DNA of 46,067 nt, counting the filler, from Catajapyx aquilonaris (taxonomy: Eukaryota): the NCBI GenBank assembly GCA_000934665.2. It is 2 parts of 2 records of this genome, joined end to end, with 100 filler letters (N's around TTAATTAATTAA, not from the genome) between each part and the next. Parts side by side here need not be neighbours in the genome. Positions count along the whole stretch, not along the records: positions 1 to 22,998 come from JYFJ02005772.1; positions 23,099 to 46,067 come from JYFJ02005773.1. One strand, written 5' to 3'. Positions 21,857-34,543 of the stretch are shown here, one piece after another. The notes below the pieces were generated by a model. It was not told the DNA's origin, made no database searches, and saw nothing but the letters and a program-made list of their open reading frames with translations. The translations under genes were made by a program, and so were the position numbers. Positions within the stretch are counted from its first letter, which is position 1, and each line of letters starts with the position of its first letter.

Positions 21857-22150
21857 CTTGTCTTTATCTTCAGAGTAGGTGTAAGCTAAAATCTAGGCGT
21901 TTTCGTCCTAGCTGGTAGTGAGGGGTTAAGAGAAGTTCTTGTTGCAAGTATGTCGCTGTCTTTCCCATTCAGGAGCAAGTTTGGGTGACTGAACAGTGCA
22001 GTTCAGCCAATTACAACCTCTTAGCCCAGGTGTAAGGTGTGTTCACAAACTCATGAGAATTGGTTGTAGTGCAATCATTAACCCTGGAACCGTGACATGG
22101 GGTCTTTTAGGACCCCAAAGGAATTAAAATGCATTAAAATGATAATTACA

Positions 22151-22454
22151 GGGGGAGGCACGGTGGCCGAGATGGTAACGTCTCGGCTTGCTATGCGAAA
22201 AGTCCCGGGTTCAAATCCCCACCCGGGAGCAAACCTTTCGCTTGCGTCAATGGGTCGTGACCCGCGCCTAAGGAGGCGTCTTGGCAACCTGACCTCCTGG
22301 GGGACTGCACCTGGCCCACCGCTGGACAATGCACCTGCACATGTGTCCCCTCCCCAAATCCCCAACCCTTACCCTATTTCCTAGTAATCTTTGCACCGGT
22401 GTCTGCCACCCCCCTATAACGCCCAAGTGTTGTATCACGGGGTAAAAATTTTTT
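22151..22454 (+). mobile_element. tRNA-derived SINE, family B (inserted in a piggyBac-like end starting TTAA|ccc at 22078)
   Basis: Box A tggccgagatgg, box B ggttcaaatcc, 14-bp TSD aaatgataattaca (22137, 22455); second copy at 32.2-32.5 kb. Confidence 0.9.
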
Positions 22455-22558
22455 AAATGATAATTACAATGAACTTTTGCCATTTAAAAAAGTATGTAAC
22501 AGGAAGTGCATGTTTATTTTGAATTAGCGATCATTTTAGGCATTGTTCAAAGAATTGT

Positions 22559-22700
22559 TAATAATAATAATAATAATAATTTTTAATAATAATTATTGAT
22601 ACCCCATTATCAGCCCTTTAGGCTTTATTAGGAGGGGATTTCTCCCTTTTTTTTTGTCTGGAACTCCTTCCATTTTTACTATACTTTTTCATCGGAATTG
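22559..22700 (-). mobile_element. 5'-truncated SINE/LINE 3' end with (ATT)n tail, similar to the 34.5-kb SINE tail
   Basis: Shares atacccc.ttatcagcc and tttg.ctggaactc...cattttt act with 34565-34640. Confidence 0.65.
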
Positions 22701-22998
22701 AGGCAAGGATAGGTAATAGCCCAGGCAACGAAGACCAAATAAGGCTTATTAGAAAAAATAAATGGTGTAGTTTTGAAATTTGGCACAATTGTGGGGGGGA
22801 GTGTCCTAAACGACATACTAAAAGTCCCCACCGGTGGGGGGTGAGCGGGGGGTAGGGGGGGCATTTAAAGGTTGTCCTTTTAGGTTTTTCTTGAGTATCT
22901 CAAAACGTAAGGGTTCTAGCAACAAACACCTTATGTACGATATTAAACTACATTTAATGCTCTACAAGACCGCCCTCTACATGTTTTCTGTAGGATCA

Positions 22999-23098
22999 NN
23001 NNNNNNNNNNNNNNNNNNNNNNNNNNNNNNNNNNNNNNNNNNTTAATTAATTAANNNNNNNNNNNNNNNNNNNNNNNNNNNNNNNNNNNNNNNNNNNN
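22999..23098. other. Artificial assembly linker/gap
   Basis: 44 N + TTAATTAATTAA (stop codons in all six frames) + 44 N = exactly 100 bp. Confidence 0.97.
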
Positions 23099-23412
23099 TG
23101 GGTCACGAGGTCATTTTGATCAGGTAACTATAGGTGCGTTTTTCATCCCTTGGGGTGGGCTACCAATGCACCGAATTTCAAGAAAATCGGTGAGGTCGAA
23201 ATTTTATGATTTGACCTCTGCCCCCTCAAAATTGGGTCACGAGGTCATTTTGATCAGGTAACTATAGGTGCGTTTTTCATCCCTTGGGGTGGGCTACCAA
23301 TGCACCGAATTTCATAAAAATCGGTGAGGTTGAAATTTTTTGCGTTGAAAAATGACCCAAGTTGGCAGGGCAAATCTCCAGACATCATATGATGGCCGTA
23401 GGCAACAAAGGG
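23099..23412. repeat. 134-bp tandem repeat (two near-identical units, truncated by the gap) followed by a piggyBac-like right end
   Basis: tgggtcacgaggtcattttgatcaggtaactatagg... starts at 23099 and 23233; ends ...caaaggg|TTAA at 23412. Confidence 0.8.
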
Positions 23413-23416
23413 TTAA

Positions 23417-24122
23417 GGCGCTCAGAGGAAAAACGGCATATGCCAACTGACCTCCGATTTTGAGGTTGTAGTGCTTTTGTACTCTCCTGCCATCTACCTT
23501 TCATGTGCTGAAGTCCCAAATGAATTGGGACATGTCAAAGCTCACATATTCCACTTGTACAGTGCCGTGCACAATAGCATATAACAAGTGTAAACAACGC
23601 CTTAGGCGTTACCTGGCAACTGGGCGTGTTCGGACATCGGCATGTGGAGAGTGGTTAGCGTTCTTTCTGTCGTTGCCACTGTTTACAGGTAGTGATTGAT
23701 GCTGGGCGACCTATAGCGAAGGGTGTGTGCATGCTTACCAATGCATGACATTGGAATAAGCGGGCTGAGGAGATATTATTTTGAGAAGGCGCTTCGTTAT
23801 TATCACACTATCGTCACTGTCTTATTCCCACGATGATGGAGTTACGGAATGGCCGGAAAGATGAGAGGGATGTTCTAGTTCGCTACCTGTAAACAGTGGC
23901 AACGACAGAAGGAACGCTAAGCACTCTCCACATGCCGATGTCCGAACACGCCCAGTTGCCAGGTAACGCCAAAGCCGTTGTTTTCACTTGTTATATGCTA
24001 TTGTGCACGGCACTGTACAATGTGTTAGTCCGCAATGGAAAATTCTATTCTCTTGCTACACAAAAAGCCGTTTATCTCAAAATGAACTCCGGTTGGGATA
24101 TGCCGGTTTTCCTCTGAGCGCC
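23417..24122. mobile_element. Non-autonomous DNA transposon with GG termini and TTAA-like flanks (Kolobok- or Harbinger-like), long internal inverted repeat
   Basis: TIR ggcgctcagaggaaaa.cggcatat / atatgccggttttcctctgagcgcc; ~135-bp internal IR 23557-23692 / 23883-24018; flanks TTAA / TCAA. Confidence 0.85.
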
Positions 24123-24346
24123 TCAATTATTAAACTCTGTACCGTCTGTAATTTCAACAACATTTTCTGACTCATATCAGTTATTGGACTGTGCAGTAAT
24201 TAAGACTGCCCTTAGTAGGATCAACATAATAAGGTGTATAATCATATTCTATGGCTTGGTTTTGACATTACTAGTAATTTATATAATCAGGTTTGTGTTA
24301 TTGTCGTTTGAGTGGCGAAACTAATTCCCTGGAGAGGCAAGGGTCT

Positions 24347-24348
<2 letters not shown>

Positions 24349-24390
<42 letters not shown>
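24349..24390. repeat. (GA)n microsatellite
   Basis: Direct inspection. Confidence 0.95.
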
Positions 24391-24393
<3 letters not shown>

Positions 24394-26803
24394 AGAATGA
24401 CAAAATTCATGACAATGATTGCCTGGAGCGTAAGATGCTGGCATAACGCCAATTGCAAACCTGTGTGACCTGCGCTGTAGGGGTTGAAGCCGACTTCGTA
24501 TCCATCATACCACAAGTGTAATCAATGTGCTATGGCCAACCCTTAATCACCAACCTTCCTTTATTTTCCTGCAGCTGTTCTACTTTTACCTTTTCCACAA
24601 TCATGGGGCCTGGAAGGTTTCCGTATTCGAGACGCAATTTCGCATTTTTCGGTGAGTACGGAACGTGTCGAGCGTGAAATGGAATTTTTGATGGATTCCA
24701 TATTGCAGATTTGTCGTGTCAAGCTGGACAAAAATAATGAAATCATATATCACATTGAAATGACAATTTTATCTGATTAAATTATGTAACTTATTGACGC
24801 CGGCATTTTAATAACGTCAGTTATGGTGTGTGATTACCTCAAGCGAACCGTGCATAAAACATATTCCTGAATGCAAAATCTTGTGTGGCAATTTGTAATG
24901 TTTTTGAGTGCTTTTTAAATTATCGATCACCACCACTCGGATGATGGTTATTCAACTTTTGCCGCATCGATGCCAAGGGTTGTGCATAACCTCGGATACA
25001 ACAGCTGTTGCAGCATCTGTCAAGAGCCTTTCTCCTGATAGGTAGAAGTCAACCCTTATTTTGGTACTCATTTTTTTACTAAACGTGCATAATTGTTTCC
25101 GCCACAGTCATACAAAAGGTCAAATTTAAAAAGTAGGATAAGATGAGGCTTTCATATGTAAATCGTGAATTGGGATTATTTCCCATAGAAATAGACAATG
25201 AAGGCCGTTACACACTTTCTTTAATGCCTAGTACTATAGGCTACCTATTTATACTTATGGCATATAAAACAATATACAGTGGAAGAGTTCCATATGGTGC
25301 ACTAATATTGACTTCCAATAACTTATAATGTTAGATAATTTTATGAACCACACCACGGAGCCAAGTACAGTTCCAGTACTCTGTCTAAATTTTGTTTGTT
25401 TGTAGGGCCTACTTAAGCAACAGTCAAAAAAGTGCAGCCTGAAAAATTCGGTGGATTTATGGGTCACCACGACTGCACACTGTGTAATAAAACATGAAAC
25501 AATCTGTGCTGATTTTTGACACCATTTGTAATAAGGAAAAATGAGCAATCAAAAAAACCCAATGCAAATTCGTGTTTCGATATTTCCATTAGAGGCGCTA
25601 AATGGGACATCGGCACAGCTAGCAATACTGTATATTTTTTTGTAGGAAAAGTGTACCTCATTTGCGAGAGTGGAAAATTAACATGCTAGCAATAGTTTGA
25701 GTTCAGAAATTTTATAAGTACCATAATGGATGTTTTAAGAATAAAAATGACAGAGTTGGAATAAATTCAGTTCTACTTGTAGAAGTCTACAAATGAATAG
25801 CTTATTGAACATGGGGAATATTCAAATTTAAAAAAAATAATTGTGACGGTGACTTTATAACTGGTCTATATCATGCTATAAACCACCTGCTTTCTGAAAC
25901 AATTTTTTAAAGAATCCCCCTGATCTGTTAGCTTTACATGTTAATTATATATTATGCCAAATATTTACAGCAAGCACCTTTAGCGTATAGGATAGCACGA
26001 GAATATTTGATTGATATGGCAGGAGCCTTTAGTCTAGATGATATATACAAAAGAATAGGTTGACGACGATGACTTTTCCTGGAAATTGGTGGTAAAAGGG
26101 TGGAAAGAGCAGATCAGCGGTGGATGAAACTGGAGGATTAAAGTACGGCATGGGCCAGTCATTAATGAGCAATTCCGCCCGTGGGTTTCTTTCCCCCTTA
26201 CCCCATCCTCTACTTCCCTTCCTCCCTCCAAGCCGATATTGCGAAATATTCGCCTGCATGATTATGAAATACCGAACGAAATGGCCGCAGGAAAGGAATT
26301 CATGTGAAGGCTTGTGAAACGGATTTTATGTATCCTGATTACTGGTCTCTTTAGATCTGGGAATGGAGAGCATCATCTGCCTTAGGGTTTTTGCTCAGTT
26401 GTGCAAAGTCATTATTATGGAATTGAAACACGAAAATCCCTTTTTCTATGCCTAATCGTATCTCGAAACTTGATAATTTTAGTGAGTTTCATTGGTAGAC
26501 ACGGCTATGAACTTATCGATTTCTTCACAAGAATGGTCAGATTCAAAAATGTATTCTGTGTATCGGGTGTTGTTGTTCTTACTTTGCTCATGTATTCCTA
26601 CAACTCATCATGCATGCCATATTATCTAATAATCCGGTCTTCTGGCAGGGCTGCAGAATATGAATGGTGAATAACATGGGATAATATTAAGTGCAAACTC
26701 CAGGGTAGTATAATCTCCAAGTCATCATTTAAAGAGTAGAATATACAGTAGGCCTACAGTAATAAGTGTTATGGATTGTTTACCATGCAACAACCAGGTT
26801 TAA

Positions 26804-27297
26804 GGCGGCGCGGCGCAGTTTTAAAAATATGGTAGGCGCATTTTTGAGAGAACTTTTTTTGTTTGTGGCGAAACGGGGCGCTAATCTGGAAAAGCACGAA
26901 TTAGGTCACCTGCGCAAAGGTTTGGCCTTTACAATAATACCATATTCGACATGATTGCATTAGAATTGTGGACATACGTCCACAGAAATGTGCCCGATTG
27001 TCACGCGGTTTCATGCCGCCATGTTATTCAAATATACTTTTCGAAAGCGTCGTTTTCCACTCACTTCAACTCGTCCTAACTGTCGCTTCTAGGCCGAAAA
27101 TGGGAAACAAACGACCTAGGGCCAGATCATCTACTAATTTTTTATGCAATTTCTATATATCGATTGAATCATTTTTGCGTCAGTATGTCCCCAGAAATGT
27201 AGACATGTCGAATCCCCATATGTTGTCCATGCACAATAATAATAGGTCGTCGCCAAGGGCTCGCATTGTTACCGTATTATTTTGGTACTGCGCCGCC
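26804..27297. mobile_element. Kolobok-like MITE
   Basis: TTAA|ggcggcgc ... gcgccgcc|TTAA with further imperfect subterminal match. Confidence 0.7.
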
Positions 27298-28026
27298 TTA
27301 AGAGGAAACGGCCCAACCTCATTCTAAACTCTGAAGCAGCATTAATTTGAACAAAAATTCTCTCATATTTGTCTTGTATCATATAGGATTATAGGTGACT
27401 CCACAAGTAGCCTACACTAAACACCGACACCTTGGTGGAACGGTCGCCTAGGTGACAGTGTAATCGTCTTCCGTCACGGGTTTCTGAAGAGGGGAGAGGG
27501 AAGTTGAGAATGAGGGTCACACGATAAATTTTCTCAGAGCCACAAGGCGTTTCTCATGATTTCTGCACTGAAGGTTCGCCCTTGGAATGGCTTCCATAAA
27601 GCAGCGAAATTTGAGTCCTAGAGATAATTATTATTCTACTAATGCTGTCTAAAGATGGGTGGGTCAATTTTTTTTACTGATTTACAGATGGCTGCTCCAA
27701 CGCTACTTACGGTAGAGTAAGTCAACGTCTGCTAAGTAGCTTCCTATATACTCGTATTAATTGGGTCAAAGACGTTATCAGTTTTACAGTGAATTCGCAT
27801 ATGATCACTAAAACTTGTTTATATTTTGGGCAGCGATAGTATACTGTACAAGGCTCTAAAAGTCTANTTCCACAATTCCTCGTCTTGGCGAGCGTATCAT
27901 CGCCCTCAGTTATCGCATGTGGAGTGGAGAATGGAATAGAATTCAGGTAACGAGATGGATGAAACCTGCTTTTAAGAAATGCATAACATCCTGGCAATAC
28001 ATTTGCGTAGATCTCTTGTAGGCCTA

Positions 28027-28920
28027 CCGTAAGTGGGGGTGACTTTGTGACAGTTTTTGAGGTTATATTTGTATCAGCAGAAACGGTTTAATGGTTTTCC
28101 ATTAAATAATGCTTTGTTGATTATTGTACCGTCATCCTTCCGCTACATGTCAGTGTGCAGATCGTATCCATCACTTTATCCGTTACAAAAATATTCGCAT
28201 TTACATTTGCTGGGTGACTTTGTGACAATGTTCATTTCCTTTAGATTAAACATGTGAAACAGGAAATATAATAAAGCAACCCCCTCAAACTCTTTATTTA
28301 GAGACAATTATCGCCTTTGCAATGATATATTATTTTCTAAAATTGATCATTTATAATTTAATATTGTGGAAAACACTTGGCCATTTTTTGGTCTTTTAGT
28401 TCAATAAGCCCTTAACTTCGTAAAGTTCCCGGTGGCTGATTTCTTTGGATTTTCATTTGGATGTGTACAATTATTTCGAGTGGCACGGTACCCTAAAGTA
28501 CCGTAATAAAGGTCAAACCAGTAAATAATATCCGTGGAAGCAAAAGTACGAAATTCATCTAACGTCCTCGCATAACAAGTTTAATTTTGCATCATGTTAT
28601 ATCATTTATTAGCCAATGAATTTGTCTTCAAAATAATTTACATATTTTACTCTCAACGCAATTACGCCGGTCGCTGTTAGGGAAAGTAATCGGAAGAAGT
28701 GCCAACAATCCTCGCAGTTTGCAAACTTGGAATGTGACCGCCAACAATGCACGAGGTGTAGGAGCTTTCCAAGCTGGCTACTAGGTAGCGCAACATACGC
28801 AGCCATCTACGTACTAGGGCTGATTTCAGTTAAAAAGTTAAAAGAACAGTTGCGCAAGAATCTAAAAACTGATTTGTCACAAATTCATCCCGCATATCAC
28901 AAAGCCACCCACACTTACGG
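28027..28920. mobile_element. pogo/Tc1-mariner-type non-autonomous element
   Basis: TA|ccgtaagtgggggtgactttgtga ... tcacaaagccacccacacttacgg|TA; internal repeat of gggtgactttgtgaca at 28212. Confidence 0.85.
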
Positions 28921-28989
28921 TACCTGCCAGAAATTTATTATTATTGCTGCTGTTGCTACACTCTTCTTTTTTTTGTTACCCTGATAGGG

Positions 28990-29243
28990 CTCGAGGCTCT
29001 CTTATGGGGGGAAGGAGAAGTTCCCAAGAGAGGGTGCCGTGCGACAGCCATTTCTGACATGATTTAACACCAAGCCCTTTCTCCTGGCCCCGAGCAGAGA
29101 AGGGAGTGCAATTCTGCATGTCGGGAGAAATTCGGAAAAAATACCCGGGCCAAGCAGAGGTGACGGGAACGGGATTTGAACGCCGGCCTCCCGCTTGGCT
29201 GGCCAGTGCAGTGGCGTAACCACTAGACCACCGTGCCGCCCCT
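28990..29243 (-). mobile_element. tRNA-derived SINE, family A (3'-truncated copy)
   Basis: Reverse complement matches 19184-19420 (ctggccagccaagcgggagg..gttcaaatcc.gttcccgtcacctctgcttgg). Confidence 0.85.
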
Positions 29244-29261
29244 GATACCCTCTAATTTATA

Positions 29262-29495
29262 CATGGTGTTCCAAATTCGTGGGTCGTTTTTTCATAACTG
29301 ATATCGCCCGATAGTAGTAATTTTTGTGTAGCTTGTTATGCTCCGATCTATGTGCCCCATTACTCCCAGGGGGTTGAATATAGCAATTGCTATAGAATGG
29401 GGCAAGTGGTTCGGGGCACAACAAGCTACACAAAAATAACTACTATCGGGCGATATCAGTTATGAAAAAACGATCCGCGAAATCGGGACACCCTG
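29262..29495. mobile_element. Tc1/mariner-type fold-back MITE
   Basis: TA|catggtgttcc...cgttttttcataactgatatcgcccgatagtagt / actactatcgggcgatatcagttatgaaaaaacg...ggacaccctg|TA. Confidence 0.85.
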
Positions 29496-32043
29496 TATAT
29501 CAGAATAAACGACGAACCTTTCATTACAATATGACTAGGGTTCCCGAAGTGGCGGAAATAATAATTTCCTCTGTAAGGGCTTCCTGTACATTACAGAACT
29601 AATATTTAACGAAATTCGTCTTACGTATCCTCTCATGATAGAGCAGCTATTTGTACAAGAGTACCGTACGTGTTATCTCTTATGAAACCCTTGACAGTCC
29701 TGGGTTAGTATATAACATTTTTCTCGTATTTGCTGAAATACTTGACTTGCGCCCACGTCGTGTTGCATATCAAATTAAAGGTACTCGAAGACCGAGCTCA
29801 GAACCATATAAGTGGTACTGTACTGTATTTTATTTGCTCTTGACTAGTGTGTGACGGGGAAGCAAATTAAAAGCAGTTCAGAGTATAGTGGTATGCCACC
29901 GAATGAGCACTCCAATGGGGCAACGGTCGAACTGAATTGACATGTTAACAGTGTTTGCAATCAAAACAAGTGGGGGCGAGTTTTCCAAGCTATTCAGCAA
30001 GCTTATGGCCAGCAATCAGAAATGGGCCACTAAAAGCCCGTCCCTGAAACAAGTGATCAGTATAAACATCTTCATTTCCGGATGCATCATATTGCTATAT
30101 TAAACAGTCAGCACTTTTCAATACACTAATATGGCCAGAAATTTATTGGTGCTGACGAGCTGCCACGTGGATCAATTATATTAGCTACGTAAAATATCAG
30201 TGTTCTTTGCCTTCATTTTTTGTCCCTGCTATTTCTCCTCTTCTTCTGGGCAGAAGAAAGCTTTATCCAGTGGATATGTAGGACAAGTAGAATAGTTGGT
30301 GTGTCGCGGCTGTCTCAACTTCAACGCTTTGGGCACGATAGAAATGTAAATAAGTGCTCCAAGGTAATCGAATAGTCAATGCCTAGGACAGTTAATGGCC
30401 TTCCATTTGTTTCGGAAGAACAAGGGAAATGTTTTATTCATCCATAAGAACAGAAGAGGCTGTAGAATCAATAAATTTTCAGTTTGTTTCATCCTGAGGT
30501 CGCTTATCTCTCTCGAGAACGCGAGTACTTGCATATGCAGGAATTGGAACCGTGTAAACTTTCTCCCCAAAAATCATGCTGCTTCCAACGGTTCGCTTTA
30601 CTTCATTACATCCATCCGTTTCAAAGAGTTAGGCTCTCTCAACATGCATGAGGCTGCTTCAAATCAATTAAAACGACGGTAATGAAGAAGGTGATGATGA
30701 GGATGAGGAGAATGATGATGGGTAATTTTTATCATCTTAATGTAAAATACGCATCATATTTCTCAAGAGCCAAGGTGTGAAGAAAGAAGTTTCATATACG
30801 TATTGTTAAATCTCACCAGCCTATGTCAGTTCATCAGACTGTGAGAGGTTACCTCTGGGTCGTGGTCGTGGTCCAATAATAAGCAGGTATAACCAACAAC
30901 CTGCTTGTTATAAAATCTAGCCTCGCTCGAATCTGCCTTACAACTGATTTACAACTCCTAACCTCCCCCCAGGTCCACCACCCGCTCTTTTCCGCCATCT
31001 CTTGGCACAACTTGCAACTGTAACTAACCCCATCTTAGATGTGGAGAGATGTGGCAATAAGAGAAAAATATAACCTTAAGAAAAAAGAGCTGGTGTCTGG
31101 TAGTTAAACCCGGGGATGAGTAGCCTGAAGCACTGTCTCACCTCATTAAGCGAGAAACTTGTAACTACGGTAGGCTACTCCTCTTTCTGTGTCACTGACT
31201 AAAAATGATGGAGATGATTTCTCTTTCATTAGCAAAGCCAACATAGAAAGTGGCCATACGTCGTGTTGACTGTTAGAGGATAGATCCGATGCGAGTGGCT
31301 TGATGTGGGAATGCAGGTTTCCAGCCAAGTCATCAGAGGAGATGCAGCGTGTGAGAGGGAAGGGAGAGGAAGGCGGGAAAGGAGGGGGAGAGGCAAAGCT
31401 TGATCTACTCGCAAGCGCATCCTAAAGCACACTCTTGATAATCCGGGTCCGGTAATAACCTTCAGTGACTTTACGGTTGGGCCCCAAGTTGAAACATCCT
31501 CATCACTGGTGGCGGCCGCAACTTGCACTTTATCCTTCCACTGAACTCAAGTCCCCTGGAGTCAAACCTTCTCCCCGCCACTGTACAGAATGTCGTAAAA
31601 TTCTGCACAGGACTCCAGAAACCATGTTACGCGCGAGTTTGATACTAATGTCAATAGGAGTAAATCATTAAACTGCTTGTTTCCCAGCGCTTTATTACCT
31701 CAACAATCATTACATGACGCGGTGGAATTCGTAATTAGAGTTGGCCAACAGTTAGGGACAAACGTTTTGGGCAATTCCTTGTTGATTGGGACATCCCCGA
31801 CGGCTAATTGCTTCCTGCGTAGACCTATGCGCAATAAAACACTTACAAATTACCCCCAAACTTTAATTATACGCTCATTATCAACATATATGCTGCAATG
31901 GAAATTTATGCGCAAGAAGCAAATTCAATATGCGACGCGTCCGTTGGCTCACAGAGCCTGACGCCTGCGTATCGGAACCATTGTATTGTCGATTTAGCTA
32001 CCATATGTGGAACAGTCAAGATTCCTGCCTTGAAACCAGGTAG

Positions 32044-32046
<3 letters not shown>

Positions 32047-32119
<73 letters not shown>
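32047..32119. repeat. (AAT)n microsatellite
   Basis: Direct inspection. Confidence 0.95.
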
Positions 32120-32120
<1 letters not shown>

Positions 32121-32138
32121 TCCCAGCTACACAGCAAG

Positions 32139-32139
<1 letters not shown>

Positions 32140-32204
<65 letters not shown>

Positions 32205-32532
32205 TACGTTACCCCGTGATAGGGCCATATGCCCTTATAGGGGGGGGGGTTGAATACCACCATTTTCCCTTCAATTTTCTGATTTTTTCTTCTAACTCCG
32301 GTGCAAGGAATTAAGGACATAGGGTAAGGATAGGGATTTTTGGGGAGGGAACATTGGTGCAAGTGCAATGTCGTAGCTACGGGCCATGTTCTGTTCCCCA
32401 GGAGGTTAGGTTGCCAGACACCTCCTTGATGCAGGTCAGAGACCCTCCTGACGCAGGTGAAAGGAAAGTTACCCTGGCGGGGATCGAACCTGGGGCCTTT
32501 CACTCAGCAAGCTGAGACGTTACCATCTCGGC

Positions 32533-32534
<2 letters not shown>
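32140..32534 (-). mobile_element. tRNA-derived SINE, family B, with expanded (AAT)n tail (32140-32204)
   Basis: Reverse complement tggccgagatggtaacgtctc.gcttgct...ggttcgatcccc...aggagg.gtct.ggcaacct.acctcctgggg matches 22151 copy. Confidence 0.88.
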
Positions 32535-32630
<96 letters not shown>

Positions 32631-32652
32631 ATTATTATTATCATCATCATCA
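32535..32652. repeat. (TTA)n/(TCA)n microsatellite
   Basis: Direct inspection. Confidence 0.95.
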
Positions 32653-34543
32653 TCCCTGTAGTTCCTTAATTCCGGCTCCTGTGTCATCACAGATTATTCC
32701 CTTTGCAGCTAAATATGGTGAGAAAAAGTGGGTGGTTAATAGGAGGAATTACGGCATCTGTAGCCATAACGCTTGGGGAGAACAGAATAGGAAAGAAAGA
32801 TGATGATTTTGAAGAAGGAGAGAAAACGGAAGAGCATGAGGAGACATCCTTCCAACTCGCTCTTCGCTCTGAAAACAACAACCTCCCATTCACTAATCGT
32901 ATCAAGTTTCTAGCTATAGCCACAGAAGAAGAAAACCTATTCCTCTAGCATTCTAACTCTAAATTCTACCGAGTTTGCATTTGCACTCTTTATTAGGAGC
33001 ACGCTCTATCCTGGATATTCATGTGATGTGGGTCTTCTGGCTGAAATTGTCTCCGGGATTAAATTTATTGCCGACGAGCAAAGTTTGCGAGGAATCTTGT
33101 TCATGAGTCCGAGCAAGACTTGACTCTCCTTCACTTCCTTCCGCTTAGTGTTTTACAAGCGCGAGGGTTTTTTTCTGTTTTGTTTCCTTACTTAGAGACG
33201 GATTTGCTCTTCGTTTTGGGAGGGATGGTTCATCCAGGTTAAATTGAACTTGAAATGCAGCACTTTCGGTTTGGGAGGAAGGGAGAGCAAAGAATGGGTT
33301 GGGGTGGGGGGAACGTGGCTCATTTCATTGACTGACTGTGAGCTTGGAACTTTCCCAGATTTTTTTGAACTCGTGTACTCACATGGCCGGAAGGTCATCG
33401 TAGTTGATCAAGTCAGAGTGATCCCGTTGAGATTCCGAAACTGCGTCCACTCGAGGCTTTGAATAAATTGACGCCCTATATGCCGAGGGTCAGAAGTCCA
33501 AGTATGTACAAGAACACAATGTTCAGGATGTGGCAAACTGAAACGACTATTATGTGTAATCATAATGGCTTGCAGAGACAACCTACTATCTTAAACTGCC
33601 AGTTACATTATTTTGCGATAAGGTACTGCACCTACAGTCATCCTACCACTTGCCACTTAATGAAGGTCAATGAAAAAAATATTACAAACGTACAGGAAGA
33701 ACAAAATGTGGAATTTATTACTTTTCAGGCTCACCAAGATTGCAAATTTTGGAAGGCTGTATTGAAAAGTATGTGAGGCTGAAAATTTTTGCATTGCATC
33801 ACACGAATGGTTATAGCCGGAGAAGTCATGCAAATTTAATTCTTCAGGTCTGGTATGAAGTAATTTATTAATGAGATACTACTAGTAATAGTATCTTCTG
33901 GACCGATTTCTGATGTTGGGCAAGAGAGGCAGAGGGAAAGGATCCGTATATCTCGTGTAAATTGCTTTACGAGGAAACTTTGAGAGGAACAAAAAAAAGA
34001 AGTTTGGTGGTGACGCTTTCGCTCCATCGAATCTTGTTCACGGAAGTGTGATAAAGGGGGATCCGGCGTCATATTTGATTTGATCCCAACTGAGGTGAGC
34101 CACCAGATTTCTCAAATCCTTCCCCTCACTCTTTCAGTTTTCCTTCCCTACCCCTTTTCCCTCCAGAACGCTGAAAATAATCACAATTCGGTGACTGGTC
34201 GCCTCCACACGCCTCTTTGTAACGATGTTCCAGGGGGTTCCACGAAGTTTCCTCTTAAATTAGATTTGACGCTTGGTCATCACAGCTCTGTATCCGCCCA
34301 TGAATCAGAAACTCATGAAATGTGCTGGACGTCAGCCGTACCATTCGATCAGTATTCAAGGCAAAGCAAACGCTTGGTCGCCCAAAATAAGGTAAAAATA
34401 AACGAACAATAAACAACAGGTCAACGGGTGAGACGGGGGAAAAGCACACTTTACCGTTCATGGGATATGTGCGCTGGTGTTACATGAATTTTAATGTAAC
34501 TTACATCAGAGCAAATACTGTATTTGGATTAGTCAGTACTATA

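Noticed and set aside
23099..23340. Regular repeats considered as a CRISPR-like array
   Set aside because: Contiguous 134-bp tandem units without unique spacers; eukaryotic context; no cas genes
27870..27915. Possible hammerhead ribozyme on the minus strand
   Set aside because: Core CUGAnGA and GAAA boxes are not intact
31898..32669. ORFs with poly-N, poly-Y, poly-L/I (also 19403-19618)
   Set aside because: Translations of AAT/TAT/TTA microsatellites
32703..32948. 81-aa acidic ORF
   Set aside because: Purine-rich low-complexity sequence with no recognisable homology or convincing splice sites
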